From Trueperaceae bacterium (GTDB lineage Bacteria > Deinococcota > Deinococci > Deinococcales > Trueperaceae), in NCBI GenBank assembly GCA_965214405.1, contig OZ243956.1:3616001-3680000 (forward strand): a stretch of 64,000 nt of DNA, given 5' to 3'. A program made the position numbers and the translations under genes. A model generated the notes under the pieces. The model was not told the DNA's origin and ran no database searches. It worked only from the letters and a program-made list of their open reading frames with translations. This document shows, piece after piece, positions 22,990 through 32,920 of the stretch (position 1 is its first letter; every line of letters begins with the position of its first letter).

Positions 22990-23649
22990 ATGAAAAGGGA
23001 GCTCCGTCAACCCTCAATAGACCCTCAAGGCGTTGACCTACCGCGCTTATATGCCTTTAGCGACGGGGTTTTCGCCATCGCCATAACGCTTTTGGCTCTG
23101 GAGATTCGCTTTCCTGAGCTCGAGCCCAGCGCCGTCCCCACCCAATTCTGGCCCACGCTCGCCGCCATGACCCCCACTATTTTTGGCTTTGTCCAGAGCT
23201 TCGTGATCATTGGTCTTTTCTGGATGGTTCACCAGCGCGTGTTTCGCCTCATCAAACGGGGTGACAACGTGCTGCTGTGGCTCAACCTGTTCTATCTGCT
23301 GCTCGTGGCTTTTTTGCCCGTGCCTAGCGGCGTCGTCTCGCGGTACTTCACACAACCCGCGACGATGAGCTTTTACGTTTTGTGCGTTGCGCTCTTGGGC
23401 CTCACGCACCTGCTGCTCTGGCGCTACGCGTCGCGCAAGTACCGGCTGATTGATACGCAGCTCGAGCCCGCGCAAATCAGGATGATTACCCTGCGCGCGC
23501 TCGCGCTGCCGCTCGTATGTTTTGTCACGCTGGGGCTTTACTTAGTCTGGCCGTACATCATCTACGCCTTTGGCTTGTTCATTGCGCTCGCTTATTTTTT
23601 GGTGGGGCGGGTGTTTAAGCGGGCGGAGCGTCGTTCGGTGCGTTCGTGA
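22990..23649 (+). CDS. TMEM175-family (DUF1211) putative K+ channel
   Basis: RLYAFSDGVFAIAITLL signature, W..H motif, multiple TM helices. Confidence 0.85.
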   Translation: MKRELRQPSIDPQGVDLPRLYAFSDGVFAIAITLLALEIRFPELEPSAVPTQFWPTLAAMTPTIFGFVQSFVIIGLFWMVHQRVFRLIKRGDNVLLWLNLFYLLLVAFLPVPSGVVSRYFTQPATMSFYVLCVALLGLTHLLLWRYASRKYRLIDTQLEPAQIRMITLRALALPLVCFVTLGLYLVWPYIIYAFGLFIALAYFLVGRVFKRAERRSVRS

Positions 23650-23752
23650 GGTTTCTTTTGTGAATCCCCCTTAGGCTCGAGTCCCTACACTTGCTCTTGG
23701 CGTACAGTCGCTTTTGAGGTGCCGACTTTAACATGAATTCAAGGAGGAACAT

Positions 23753-24010
23753 ATGGCCTCGACCGCTCCCAACCGCATGTACACGCAACGCAGAGAAAAC
23801 CGTAGAGACGCCGCCGAAGAGATTATCCGTGACCTCGACGACTCCACCAAAGCGTCGACCGGTGTGAGCCTCTTGCACATCCTCGCCATAGGCTCGATAG
23901 GCGCGTCTATAGCGCTCTTCTTGTCGGGTCGGAAGCAGGCGGGTATCTTTATAGGGTTGTGGCCGCCGACCTTTGAGGCGCTCAAGTCTGCCGCGGACAA
24001 AAACAGGTAG
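23753..24010 (+). CDS. Small hypothetical membrane protein
   Basis: AAGGAGG RBS; SIGASIALF..GIFIGLWPPTF hydrophobic hairpin; followed by a terminator. Confidence 0.7.
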   Translation: MASTAPNRMYTQRRENRRDAAEEIIRDLDDSTKASTGVSLLHILAIGSIGASIALFLSGRKQAGIFIGLWPPTFEALKSAADKNR

Positions 24011-24037
24011 AAGCTTTTACAAACGCATGGTGAGAAT

Positions 24038-24061
24038 AAAGCCGCTCGAGCAGCGGCTTTT
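24038..24061 (+). terminator. Intrinsic terminator
   Basis: AAAGCCGCT-CGAGC-AGCGGCTTTT. Confidence 0.6.
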
Positions 24062-24132
24062 CCTTTTGCGCCTGTGACCCTCCAAGGCTCGAGCTGGTAG
24101 GCTGAGAGCACAAGGGACGGTGAGGGAGGTTT

Positions 24133-25040
24133 ATGGATTTGGACCGGAGGAAGCTTCATGGGGACATTCTCGAGCTCTACACCCGCGAACACGCCGCGCT
24201 CGGCGAAGCGGGAACGCGGGCGCATCTGGAGCGGGGGAGAGAGCTTTCCCGGCGCTTCGGTTTACCCGCGACCCTGCGCGCGGGCGGCGTGCTGGTCTTT
24301 CCTCACGCTGGGGTAAGCGATTGTGGCTATCAAATCGCCGCCTGCGTTCACGCGTGTTTGGACGCCTGTTTGGAGGGCGACAAAAAGAACGTGCTGGTCG
24401 TGAGCGTGCTCCACGCGTTTACCGACGAAATGGAGGAGGCGCGGCGGCGCGTGGCGGCGGGGGGCGACCCCTCAAAGAAGCCCCCTGGGGCGTGCAGGGT
24501 CCTGGCTTAACGGGGCGGCAGGAGTGGCGGAGCGACCACGTGCTGATGAGCTGGCGTCACTTTTGGGAGGCGGAGGTGGCGCGGCGGGGTCTCAAAGAAT
24601 CGGACGTGCCCATCGTCACCGAGCGTTACCCTTATCTGGCGGGCGGCAAACCCGGCGAACTGCCCGGTATTGACGAGGTGCAGGCTCTCTCCGAGGACGC
24701 CGTGGTCGTCTCGACCGCGGACGCGTTTCATCACGGAATTGGTTACGGCGACGCGCCGGAGGACGCGTTCTACCCTGACGAGGCGGGACTCGCCAAGGCC
24801 AAGGCGGTTTTAGAGGAGGGGGTGGCGCTGTTGGAAGCGGGCGACTACTGGAGCTACAACGAGCACTGCGTAAGGGCTAAGAGCGACGCAAGGGACGCCG
24901 GACAGGTTTTCCGCTACGTTCGCGGACCTCTCAGGGGCCGCGTCATCGACCTCACTTATAGCGACGCAACCGAGCTTTACGAGCAGCCCGCGCCCACCTG
25001 GGTCGCCGCCGCGCTGTTCGAGTGGACGCCGGAGGGATAG
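24133..25040 (+). pseudogene. Memo/LigB-fold-like protein split by a -1 frameshift near 24460-24485
   Basis: First frame (GGAGG RBS, FPHAG..CG..IAA) stops at 24510; the -1 frame continues WGVQGPG...VVSTADAFHHGIGYGD to 25040. Confidence 0.7.
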
Positions 25041-25085
25041 GTAGGGTCGGGCGGTAGGGTTGTCTTGAAAATCAAAAGAAGATGG

Positions 25086-25754
25086 TCAAGCCGCAGCTTC
25101 ATTTACCGGAAGCGTGGTTCGGCAATGCGGGTAGCTCGAGCAGCCCCAAAAGGCCTGACCGGCGTTTTCTCCTTTTGCCGCTTTCCTTTGAACCATATCT
25201 GCGCCGCAGCTTGGACAAGCGGGTGAGGTCGCGTGCAAGGGTGGGAGAGTTGGGGCAACGGGTTTGGTGTTTGCTAAAAAGGGCTCGAGCGCCTCTCTAA
25301 GTTCTCGTAAGGCGTAGGTTTGTTTGGCTGGAAAGCGGAGCAAGGGAAGGCCTGCAGCTCTGAAAGCCCCCTCCACAAAAGCGTCCCTCTTCTTGCGTTC
25401 CGCGCGTTCGTGACTCTTGTCGTCAAGCTCGACGCCGCAGATGGGTGCCGCGCCGCTCTTGTCGCAAAGCAGAAAATCAATGTGTTTCGAGCTTATGCGG
25501 TTGAACGCGCTTTTTCCGGCCCCTTTTTCAGTAATGAGCACATCCGCAAGGCGTACCTTAGCCAAGACGCGTAGTTCTTCTCCTACGGCTTGTTCAAGAA
25601 CGCCCAGAAAAGACCGTTCTGCAGGAGAGAAGAGCGCCTTCCTCTTTTTATAGGGGAACATTTTCTTAGTGAGCTGCTTTGGCTGTTCTGAACGTTGCCT
25701 AAAGGCTACGAACAAAACGGCAACCACCACCATCACCACGACGAACCAAACCAC
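25086..25754 (-). CDS. DUF2726 domain protein with N-terminal TM helix and C-terminal topoisomerase-type Zn ribbon
   Basis: LFSPAERSF, AKVRLAD, HIDFLLCD..VELDDKSH; CPSCGADMV..FWGCSSYPHC; GGAGG before GTG 25754. Confidence 0.85.
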   Translation of the reverse strand: MVWFVVVMVVVAVLFVAFRQRSEQPKQLTKKMFPYKKRKALFSPAERSFLGVLEQAVGEELRVLAKVRLADVLITEKGAGKSAFNRISSKHIDFLLCDKSGAAPICGVELDDKSHERAERKKRDAFVEGAFRAAGLPLLRFPAKQTYALRELREALEPFLANTKPVAPTLPPLHATSPACPSCGADMVQRKAAKGENAGQAFWGCSSYPHCRTTLPVNEAAA

Positions 25755-25836
25755 ATCATCCTCCCTTACCGGAAGCATAAATGGCAAGGGGGGATTTTCG
25801 TGCGATATTTACAACTCGGTTTTTGAGGCTTAGCCC

Positions 25837-26862
25837 TTACAGCTTGTTTCTGCTGGGCGGCACCTCGTTGTTCCGCTCCGCCGCGCGGTCCGAAAGCCGC
25901 GTCATGAGCGAGGGAACCAGGCGTGAGGTGCTCTCCCAGCCCGTTCTGATCTCGTCGCCACCGACGGGGTCCGGGGCGGGCAGGAGGCGGCTGACGGTTT
26001 TCATGAGGCGCGCGGTCGATTCTGGAAAGAGTTCGTTGGCGAGCGCGGCGGCGCGGCCCTGGGGAGCCAGCACCAGGTGGGCGTCACCGTGGCGGCAGGC
26101 CTCGAGAATGCGGCGCGCGGCCAGAGAAGCGTCCATCGACAGGAGCGGCAAGGACGCGCCCGCGGCGAACCAGCCCAGTTCGCGTTCGTGTTGGCCCTTG
26201 AACTGCGCGTTGAGGTGCGAGCCCGTGCGCGTGAGCCAGGGGCAGACGGTGGTAACCGCAATACCGTCCTTGGCGAGTTCGGCGCGCACGCCGTCCGAGA
26301 GCCCGACGAGCGCAAACTTCGAGGCTGAATAAGGAGCCAGGTGCGGCACCGCCACCTTGCCGCCGATCGACGCGATGTTGACGATGCGCCCGCCCCCCTG
26401 CCGCTTCATGGCGGGTACGGCGGCGAGCATGGTGTACAGGGGTCCCCAGAAGTGAACGGCCATCGCGTTCTCAAAGTCTTCCACTCGCATATTTTCTAAA
26501 GGCCCCACCTGAATCACGCCCGCGTTGTTGACGAGCACGTCGATGCGGCCATAATGCCTCAGCACCCGCTCTACCGCCCCCTCCACCTGCGCCCGGTCGC
26601 GCACGTCACAGGGGAGGGTCAGGGCGTGCGCGCCCCTACGTCTCAAGTCTTCGGCGGCGCGCGCCAGCTCGCCCTCATCGCGCGCGAGCAGCGTGAGCCG
26701 CGCGCCCTCTGCGGCGAAAAGGCGCGCCATGAGGAGGCCCAGACCCCTCGAGCCCCCCGTAACGACCACCGATTGACCCCGAAAGCTTGTGCGCCGCCGA
26801 AGCGCCCCTGAAAGCGCCAGCGCCGCGCCGCCGCCCAAAAGAAGCCCCACCCCCCGTTTCAC
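25837..26862 (-). CDS. SDR oxidoreductase with N-terminal membrane anchor
   Basis: TGGSRGLG, NNAG, YSASK. Confidence 0.9.
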   Translation of the reverse strand: MKRGVGLLLGGGAALALSGALRRRTSFRGQSVVVTGGSRGLGLLMARLFAAEGARLTLLARDEGELARAAEDLRRRGAHALTLPCDVRDRAQVEGAVERVLRHYGRIDVLVNNAGVIQVGPLENMRVEDFENAMAVHFWGPLYTMLAAVPAMKRQGGGRIVNIASIGGKVAVPHLAPYSASKFALVGLSDGVRAELAKDGIAVTTVCPWLTRTGSHLNAQFKGQHERELGWFAAGASLPLLSMDASLAARRILEACRHGDAHLVLAPQGRAAALANELFPESTARLMKTVSRLLPAPDPVGGDEIRTGWESTSRLVPSLMTRLSDRAAERNNEVPPSRNKL

Positions 26863-26866
26863 GTTA

Positions 26867-27289
26867 CTACCGCGCCCGCGCGGGCGCTCTCTCAGGCGTA
26901 AAGAAGCCGAAGTAGGCGGCGATAATTGCCGTGACCGCGTGGAGCCAGATGTCGTTGCCGAAGATGGGCATGAGGCCGAAAACAGTATTGAAGCCGGGGA
27001 AAAAGCCGATAATGGCGAGCGTGGCGAAAATAATCGCCGCCGCCTGCGCGTAGTAACGCGCGCCGCCGTAGGAGCGAAACACCGCCACGCCCCACAAACC
27101 CATGAGCAAGTAGAAAATGTTGTTGAGAATGTTCACGGGAAACGTACCGAACAAGTAACCGTAGCCCGTCTCGACCGCCAAATCCGGTGCCCAGAGCGTC
27201 ACGGGCCACAAAGCGGAGGGGAAAAACCCGAAGATGCCCAAAACAATGTACACAATCCCAAGAACAAGCGCGAAGTAACGTGCAGCCAT
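26867..27289 (-). CDS. DUF4383-like membrane protein
   Basis: Four TM helices, LFGTFPVN and NDIWLH motifs; AAGGAG RBS. Confidence 0.75.
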   Translation of the reverse strand: MAARYFALVLGIVYIVLGIFGFFPSALWPVTLWAPDLAVETGYGYLFGTFPVNILNNIFYLLMGLWGVAVFRSYGGARYYAQAAAIIFATLAIIGFFPGFNTVFGLMPIFGNDIWLHAVTAIIAAYFGFFTPERAPARAR

Positions 27290-27410
27290 GTTTCTCCTTT
27301 AGAACAAGTATTTGGGATTGCCGCTCGAGCACGCAACCCCGATGCGTCCCTAGCTTACGACATTCCGCGAGGAGAGACAAAAAACACTGTAGACCTTGAA
27401 TACCAAACCC

Positions 27411-28577
27411 TCAGGGCGTCAGCACCACCTTGACGCAGCCGTCCTCTTTGTGTTTGAACATCTCGTAGCCCTTGGGCGCGTCCTCGAGCCTCATCCTATG
27501 CGTGATGATAAACGATGGGTCGATGTCGCCCGACTCGATGCGGCCTAAGAGCGGTTTGAGGTAGCGGTGGACGTGCGTCTGGCCCATCTTAAAGGTGAGG
27601 CCCTTGTTAAACGCCGCGCCCATCGGGATTTTGTCGATAAACCCGCCGTAGACACCCGCGATTGAGACGGTGCCGCCCTTGCGGCAGTTTAGAATCGCCG
27701 CGCGCAAGGCGTGGGGGCGGCCTGTTTCCAACCTCACCGCCTGTTTGGCTTTGTCGTACAGGTTCATCACGCCCAAGCCGTGCGCCTCCATTCCCACCGC
27801 CTCGATGCAGGCGTCGGGGCCGCGGCCCCCGGTCATCTCGTTCAAGGCCTCCTGAACGTCGACCTCTTCAAAGTTGAGCGTTTCAGCGCCGTGCGTTTCG
27901 GCCATGCTTAAACGTTCTTGTACGCTGTCGATGGCGATAACCCGCTCCGCCCCCAAAAGGAGCGCGCTCTGAATCGCAAACTGCCCCACCGGCCCGCAGC
28001 CCCAGACCGCAATCACCTGTCCCGGCTTGATGTCGCAGTTTTCGGCGGCCTGGTAGCCTGTCGGGAAGATGTCGGTGAGAAAAAGGACCTGTTCGTCACT
28101 CAAAGAATCGGGCACCTTGATGGGACCCACGTCGGCAAAGGGTACCCGGACGTACTCGGCTTGCCCGCCCGCGTAGCCGCCCATGAGGTGCGAATAGCCG
28201 AAGATACCCGCCGGGACGTGACCCAACAGGAGTTCGGCGGTGTTGCGGCTCGGGTTGGTGTTGTCGCAGAGCGACCAGAGTTCGTTTTTGCAAAAAAAGC
28301 AGCTCCCGCAGGCGATGGGAAAGGGCACCACCACGCGGTCGCCCTTGGACAAGTTTTTAACCTCACGCCCGACCTCGACCACCTCGCCCATAAACTCGTG
28401 ACCCAGGATGTCGCCGCGCTCCATCGTCGGGATAAAGCCGTCGTAAAGGTGCAAGTCGGAGCCGCAGATGGCGGTCGAGGTAACTTTGATAATCGCGTCG
28501 TGCGGGTTGATGAGTTCGGGGTCCGGGACGGTCTCGACCTGGACGTTATGGGTGCCGTTCCAACAGAGTGCTCTCAC
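27411..28577 (-). CDS. Zn-dependent alcohol dehydrogenase (glutathione-dependent formaldehyde dehydrogenase-like)
   Basis: ICGSDLH, GHEFMG, CGSCFFC..C, GCGPVG. Confidence 0.92.
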   Translation of the reverse strand: MRALCWNGTHNVQVETVPDPELINPHDAIIKVTSTAICGSDLHLYDGFIPTMERGDILGHEFMGEVVEVGREVKNLSKGDRVVVPFPIACGSCFFCKNELWSLCDNTNPSRNTAELLLGHVPAGIFGYSHLMGGYAGGQAEYVRVPFADVGPIKVPDSLSDEQVLFLTDIFPTGYQAAENCDIKPGQVIAVWGCGPVGQFAIQSALLLGAERVIAIDSVQERLSMAETHGAETLNFEEVDVQEALNEMTGGRGPDACIEAVGMEAHGLGVMNLYDKAKQAVRLETGRPHALRAAILNCRKGGTVSIAGVYGGFIDKIPMGAAFNKGLTFKMGQTHVHRYLKPLLGRIESGDIDPSFIITHRMRLEDAPKGYEMFKHKEDGCVKVVLTP

Positions 28578-28637
28578 TGGTTTCCCCCTCGAGTGTATAT
28601 GAACATGTGGATGGTTTAGCGTCGGCTCGAGCCCGCC

Positions 28638-29447
28638 CTAATCACGTCCGGACGGCTGACCTTTGATGGTCGCAATCTCGCCCGTTTCCTGCTGCTGCTT
28701 GAATCTAGCCAAGTCTTCGCCGATTTGCTGATACGGCTCGCGGCCAAAGAGTTTGGCAACCGCGGCCCCCAGCGCGCCGCCCGGCGGGTGATAGGTCAGC
28801 GACACGGTAATCTCGGTGCCGCGGTCGCCGGGCGCGGGGCGAAACCGCACCTCACCCTCGTTTTGCACGTCCGCGTCCGGCAACGAGCGCCAGGCGAGCC
28901 GTTCATTTTCGAGCTCTTCCGTCGTCTCCGCGTCCCACTCGATATCTAAGCCCGCCGGACCCTTGGCGACCCAATGCGAGCTGCGAGCGCCCGTCATGGT
29001 GACGCTCTCAAGGTGGCGCATGATTTGGGGCAGGTTCTCCAAGTTCCGCCAGTAGCTGTAGAGTTCCCCCACAGGCTTATTGATCGTCACGCTGCGGGTG
29101 ACTTCAGTACCTTCGTCCGCTCTTTCGCGCCCGTCCTCACGCTGTGTTCCGTAAGAGCCGGATGATGCTCCGCGAGAACGCGTGTTCCCGGTCACCCCTT
29201 GAATGAGCAGGTAGCTCCCGACGAGCGCGAGCACCGTGCCCGCTAAAACCGTGCCCCACTCGGGTTCGCTCGAGCCCCCGCGGTATTCCCCACGGTCTCC
29301 TCTATACGTGCTCCCGTACGCGTCGTAGCTCTCTCCATAGCCTTCTCCATAGCCTTCCGCGCCGTACGGGTCGCCGCCGGTTCTCAGCCCATCCGCGCCT
29401 GCTGCACGGTTGTTGTACACGTCGTAGTTGCCGGTATAGTCGTCCAT
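28638..29447 (-). CDS. SRPBCC (polyketide cyclase/dehydrase-like) protein with Gly/Tyr-rich N-terminus and TM helix
   Basis: SVTINKP..LYSYWRNLENLP, SHW, LAWRS, DLARFKQ..ETGEI; AAAGGGGG RBS before ATG 29447. Confidence 0.85.
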   Translation of the reverse strand: MDDYTGNYDVYNNRAAGADGLRTGGDPYGAEGYGEGYGESYDAYGSTYRGDRGEYRGGSSEPEWGTVLAGTVLALVGSYLLIQGVTGNTRSRGASSGSYGTQREDGRERADEGTEVTRSVTINKPVGELYSYWRNLENLPQIMRHLESVTMTGARSSHWVAKGPAGLDIEWDAETTEELENERLAWRSLPDADVQNEGEVRFRPAPGDRGTEITVSLTYHPPGGALGAAVAKLFGREPYQQIGEDLARFKQQQETGEIATIKGQPSGRD

Positions 29448-29577
29448 GCGTCCCCCTTTTCTAAAGTCTGCATGTCCGGGGCGCGCGGATGAATAGTGCG
29501 CCTTACAATGTGATGAGAAGCTGCCGAGTACCGAGTGGAAAGTGCTGAACAAAGGTGGGGAGTAAAGCGTTCGGGGG

Positions 29578-30087
29578 TCAGTCCTCGAGTAGCGAATCTT
29601 TTTCTGGCCGCATAAACCCGCCGTAGCCGCCCGCGTGGTACAGGAGCGGCTTTTCCTCGTTCCAAAAAAGGTGCTCGACGCCGCCGATAAAGAGCGTGTG
29701 GTCGCCCGCGTCGTGCGTGTTCACCACCCGGCACACCAAACCCGCCGCCGCGCCCTCGAGCAGCGGAAAGCCGCCCAAGGAGGCGTAGGGCACCTCGAGC
29801 CCGTTCACGGTGCGCCCCGCGAAATGGTTGCTAAACACTTCCTGGCCCTCGCGCAAGATGCTCACGCCGTAACGCTCGCTTCTTAAGAGCGTGGCGTGGG
29901 CCTTGGCTTTTTTGTCGACGGACACCAGAACCAAGGGAGGCTCTAAGGACACCGACATAAACGCGCTCACCGTGATGCCGTAAACCTCCCCTCCCTGCAC
30001 CATCGTCACGACCGTGACGCCCGTGGCAAAACGCGCGAGCGTCCGCCGGAAGTCGTTCGGCTGGATGGGGAGCGTTTCTTCACTCAC
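29578..30087 (-). CDS. Flavin reductase-like protein
   Basis: FATGVTVVT, SVSLEPPLV, AGDHTLFIG, PLLY. Confidence 0.9.
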   Translation of the reverse strand: MSEETLPIQPNDFRRTLARFATGVTVVTMVQGGEVYGITVSAFMSVSLEPPLVLVSVDKKAKAHATLLRSERYGVSILREGQEVFSNHFAGRTVNGLEVPYASLGGFPLLEGAAAGLVCRVVNTHDAGDHTLFIGGVEHLFWNEEKPLLYHAGGYGGFMRPEKDSLLED

Positions 30088-30263
30088 AAATCGTCCCTCT
30101 GACGCACCAATAATCCCTTTGACACTTTTGCTACTCCATCCTCTCTCGTACCACGCCAGCGCTCTTCAGAAAAGGCTTTGGCGGGGGTACGCTTTCTCTG
30201 CGTCTTCTCTACGCTGTAACATCCTCACCGCTTTGGCCTGCCCACCTTAACTATACTAAAAAG

Positions 30264-30995
30264 GTGTTGGCCGCCCCCTTTAGTCTCCTCGCCAAAGTTT
30301 ACGACGCCATCATGGAAGATATCGATTATGACGACTGGGCAGAGTTCGTGCTCAAAGCGGTGCGGCTGAGGGAGGGCGCGCGCGTGCTCGACTTGGGCTG
30401 CGGCACCGGCAACTCGACCTTTCCTTTTTACGCGCGGGGCTTTGAGGTGGTGGGCCTAGACGCGTCGGCGGATATGCTCAGGGTGGCGCGCGAGAAGCTG
30501 CCCCCGGTTAAGTTCGTGCAGGCGGACTTTATGAGCTTCTGTCTGGACGAACCTTTTGACCTCGTCGTGTCGATGTTCGATTCGCTCAATAACCTGCTCG
30601 AGCCCGCCCACTTCCTGGCGGCGGCGACGCGCGTATATGAACACCTCACGCCCGGCGGCTTTTTTATGTTTGACGTGAACACCACGCAGGGCCTTAAAGA
30701 CCTCTGGGAAACGGGCCGCGCCGAGGGCTGGGCGGGCGAGGTCTACTACCGCTGGGAGCACCTGTTCGACGAAACGACGGGGCTCGCCAGGGTCGAGGCG
30801 TACTGCGAGAGCGAGACGGGGAATTTTACCGGGCGCTTTACCGAAATTCATTTCGAGCGCCCTTACGACCCGCTCGAGTTGCGCACCCTGCTCACCCAGG
30901 CGGGTTTCAGCGAGGTGCGGGTCATGAGCTACCCGAGCGGGGCGGCGGCCACCGAAGACGACGTGCGGGTGTGGGGCGTGGCGCGGCGCGGCTAG
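30264..30995 (+). CDS. Class I SAM-dependent methyltransferase
   Basis: VLDLGCGTG, GLDAS, DSLN, PGGFFMFD. Confidence 0.9.
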   Translation: MLAAPFSLLAKVYDAIMEDIDYDDWAEFVLKAVRLREGARVLDLGCGTGNSTFPFYARGFEVVGLDASADMLRVAREKLPPVKFVQADFMSFCLDEPFDLVVSMFDSLNNLLEPAHFLAAATRVYEHLTPGGFFMFDVNTTQGLKDLWETGRAEGWAGEVYYRWEHLFDETTGLARVEAYCESETGNFTGRFTEIHFERPYDPLELRTLLTQAGFSEVRVMSYPSGAAATEDDVRVWGVARRG

Positions 30996-31076
30996 GTCGG
31001 CGGGCGGGGGCGCGTCACGCAGAGGTTTTGTAGGCCTGCGTAAAGACGTTTCCCGCCAAGCAGACCGCGACAAACT

Positions 31077-31256
31077 GTGACCTATGGTGACCTTGTCGAG
31101 CTGCGGCAGCAAGAAAACTTAAGCGCCGTTGAGCATCAAGAACTGCTGGCCTTGATATGGTCGGCAAATGGTCGGCTCATTATGCTGCTCGGTTTCACTC
31201 ACCCTTCACATATAGAAGACATGATGAAAATCACCCAGGGCGGCGACTCGAGGTGA
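31077..31256 (+). pseudogene. Possible remnant of a small helical antitoxin-like gene
   Basis: 59-codon frame reading YGDLVELRQQENLSAVEHQELLAL, protein-like only in its first half. Confidence 0.25.
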
Positions 31257-31316
31257 TTTAATGTCTAGAGACTGTTTAGAAACAGAGTGACTTTCAACAT
31301 CCGGGGATGGGAATTT

Positions 31317-32909
31317 ATGAACGGCAAACGCTACGTTACTTTCGGGTTTATTTCTTTTTTGCTCCTTTTGCTCGCGCTGGCCTCTTGCACTGAGGATACG
31401 GGGCGCAACTCGGCACCCGCCGCCGCCTTTACCGCCACGCCCAAGACCGGCGCGGCGCCGCTCGAGGTCTTCTTTGACGCGGCGGGCTCGAGCGGCGCGG
31501 TTGGTTACGCGTGGGACTTTGGCGACGGCGCGAGGGGCGAAGGCGTCAAAGTTTCGCATACCTACCGTGCGGTCGGCACCTACACCGCGGCGCTCACCGT
31601 GACCGACGGCGAAGGAAGAACCGCGCGCGAAACGCTCAGGGTGGTCGTCGCGTCTGCGTCAGAATCCAACCGCGCGCCCAGGGCTGCTTTCATCCCCACA
31701 CCCCAGACGGGTGCCGCGCCGCTCGAGGTCACGTTTGACGCATCCGGCTCGAGCGACCCCGACGGCGACACGCTGAGCCACACGTGGAACTTTGGCGACG
31801 GTGAGGCGGGCAAAGGTGTGACCGTTCGCCACGTTTACGCGTCGGCGGGCTCGTACGTCGTCACGCTCAAGGTAGAGGACGGAAGGGGCGGCAGCGACAG
31901 TTCGCAGAGAACCGTCCAGGTGAGCGCGCCAGCCCCCGCCTTTACAAAAATCTCCTGGAGCACCGTGGCCCCGCAGCCCCTTCCCAATTCGGAGGCGCAG
32001 GGTCTGGTGCTTGACGGTAAGCTCTACTCGTTCGGCGGGTTCGACGAAACGAAAACCCCCTCCGTCTACACCCCCACCGACCGCGCCTACGTTTATGACC
32101 CCACCACGAACGCCTGGACCGCCCTAAAGGAGATGCCGCGGATGCAAGGCGGCACCGTCCCGGGGGGCACGACCCACACGGGCACCGCCACCGACGGCAC
32201 GGACATCTACTTTGCGGGGGGATACACCGCCAACCAGGACGGCACCGGGCAAATCTTCGGGACCTCAGAAGTGTGGAAGTACAACGTATCTGAGAACACT
32301 TACGAATTTCTGCCCAGCCTGCCCCGGACGCCCGACTCTGGACCCGCCAACCGGCATTCGGCGGGGCAGCTCGAGGTTCTAAACGGCAAACTCCACTTTT
32401 TCGGCGGCACCAGCGCCGACCGCGAAAAAGACGTGGGCTACCACTTTGTCCTCGACTTGAGCGACCTCGCGGCGGGCTGGGCGGCGGCGGCACCCCTGCC
32501 CAATCCCCGGCACCACATGGGCTCGACGGTGCTGGGCGGCAAAATCTACGCGGTCGGCGGGCAACACGGCCACGACGAGGCGCTGGTGCCCGAAGACGAG
32601 GTGGGCGTTTACGACCCCGCCGCGGACGCCTGGACGGAACTCTCGAGCCTCGCCAGGCCCCGCAACCACATCTCTTCGGCTACCTTTGTGATGGGCGGGC
32701 GCATCATCGTCGCGGGCGGGCAGTTGACGCACACAAACGCGGTGGCCGATGTGTCCGCCTATGACCCCGGCACCAACACCTGGACGGAACTTACGCCGCT
32801 CCCGGCCAGACGCTTTTCGGGCGTGGCCGGAGCCATTGACGGCCTGATGTATTACGCGACGGGGTCGGCCTCCGCAACGACGTTCAGGGGCGCGCCTCAG
32901 CCTCAGTAA
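31317..32909 (+). CDS. Lipoprotein with two PKD domains and a Kelch beta-propeller
   Basis: Lipobox LASC, two WDFGDG/WNFGDG PKD repeats, GG..YDP..W Kelch repeats. Confidence 0.88.
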   Translation: MNGKRYVTFGFISFLLLLLALASCTEDTGRNSAPAAAFTATPKTGAAPLEVFFDAAGSSGAVGYAWDFGDGARGEGVKVSHTYRAVGTYTAALTVTDGEGRTARETLRVVVASASESNRAPRAAFIPTPQTGAAPLEVTFDASGSSDPDGDTLSHTWNFGDGEAGKGVTVRHVYASAGSYVVTLKVEDGRGGSDSSQRTVQVSAPAPAFTKISWSTVAPQPLPNSEAQGLVLDGKLYSFGGFDETKTPSVYTPTDRAYVYDPTTNAWTALKEMPRMQGGTVPGGTTHTGTATDGTDIYFAGGYTANQDGTGQIFGTSEVWKYNVSENTYEFLPSLPRTPDSGPANRHSAGQLEVLNGKLHFFGGTSADREKDVGYHFVLDLSDLAAGWAAAAPLPNPRHHMGSTVLGGKIYAVGGQHGHDEALVPEDEVGVYDPAADAWTELSSLARPRNHISSATFVMGGRIIVAGGQLTHTNAVADVSAYDPGTNTWTELTPLPARRFSGVAGAIDGLMYYATGSASATTFRGAPQPQ

Positions 32910-32920
32910 AGGGGGCGCGT

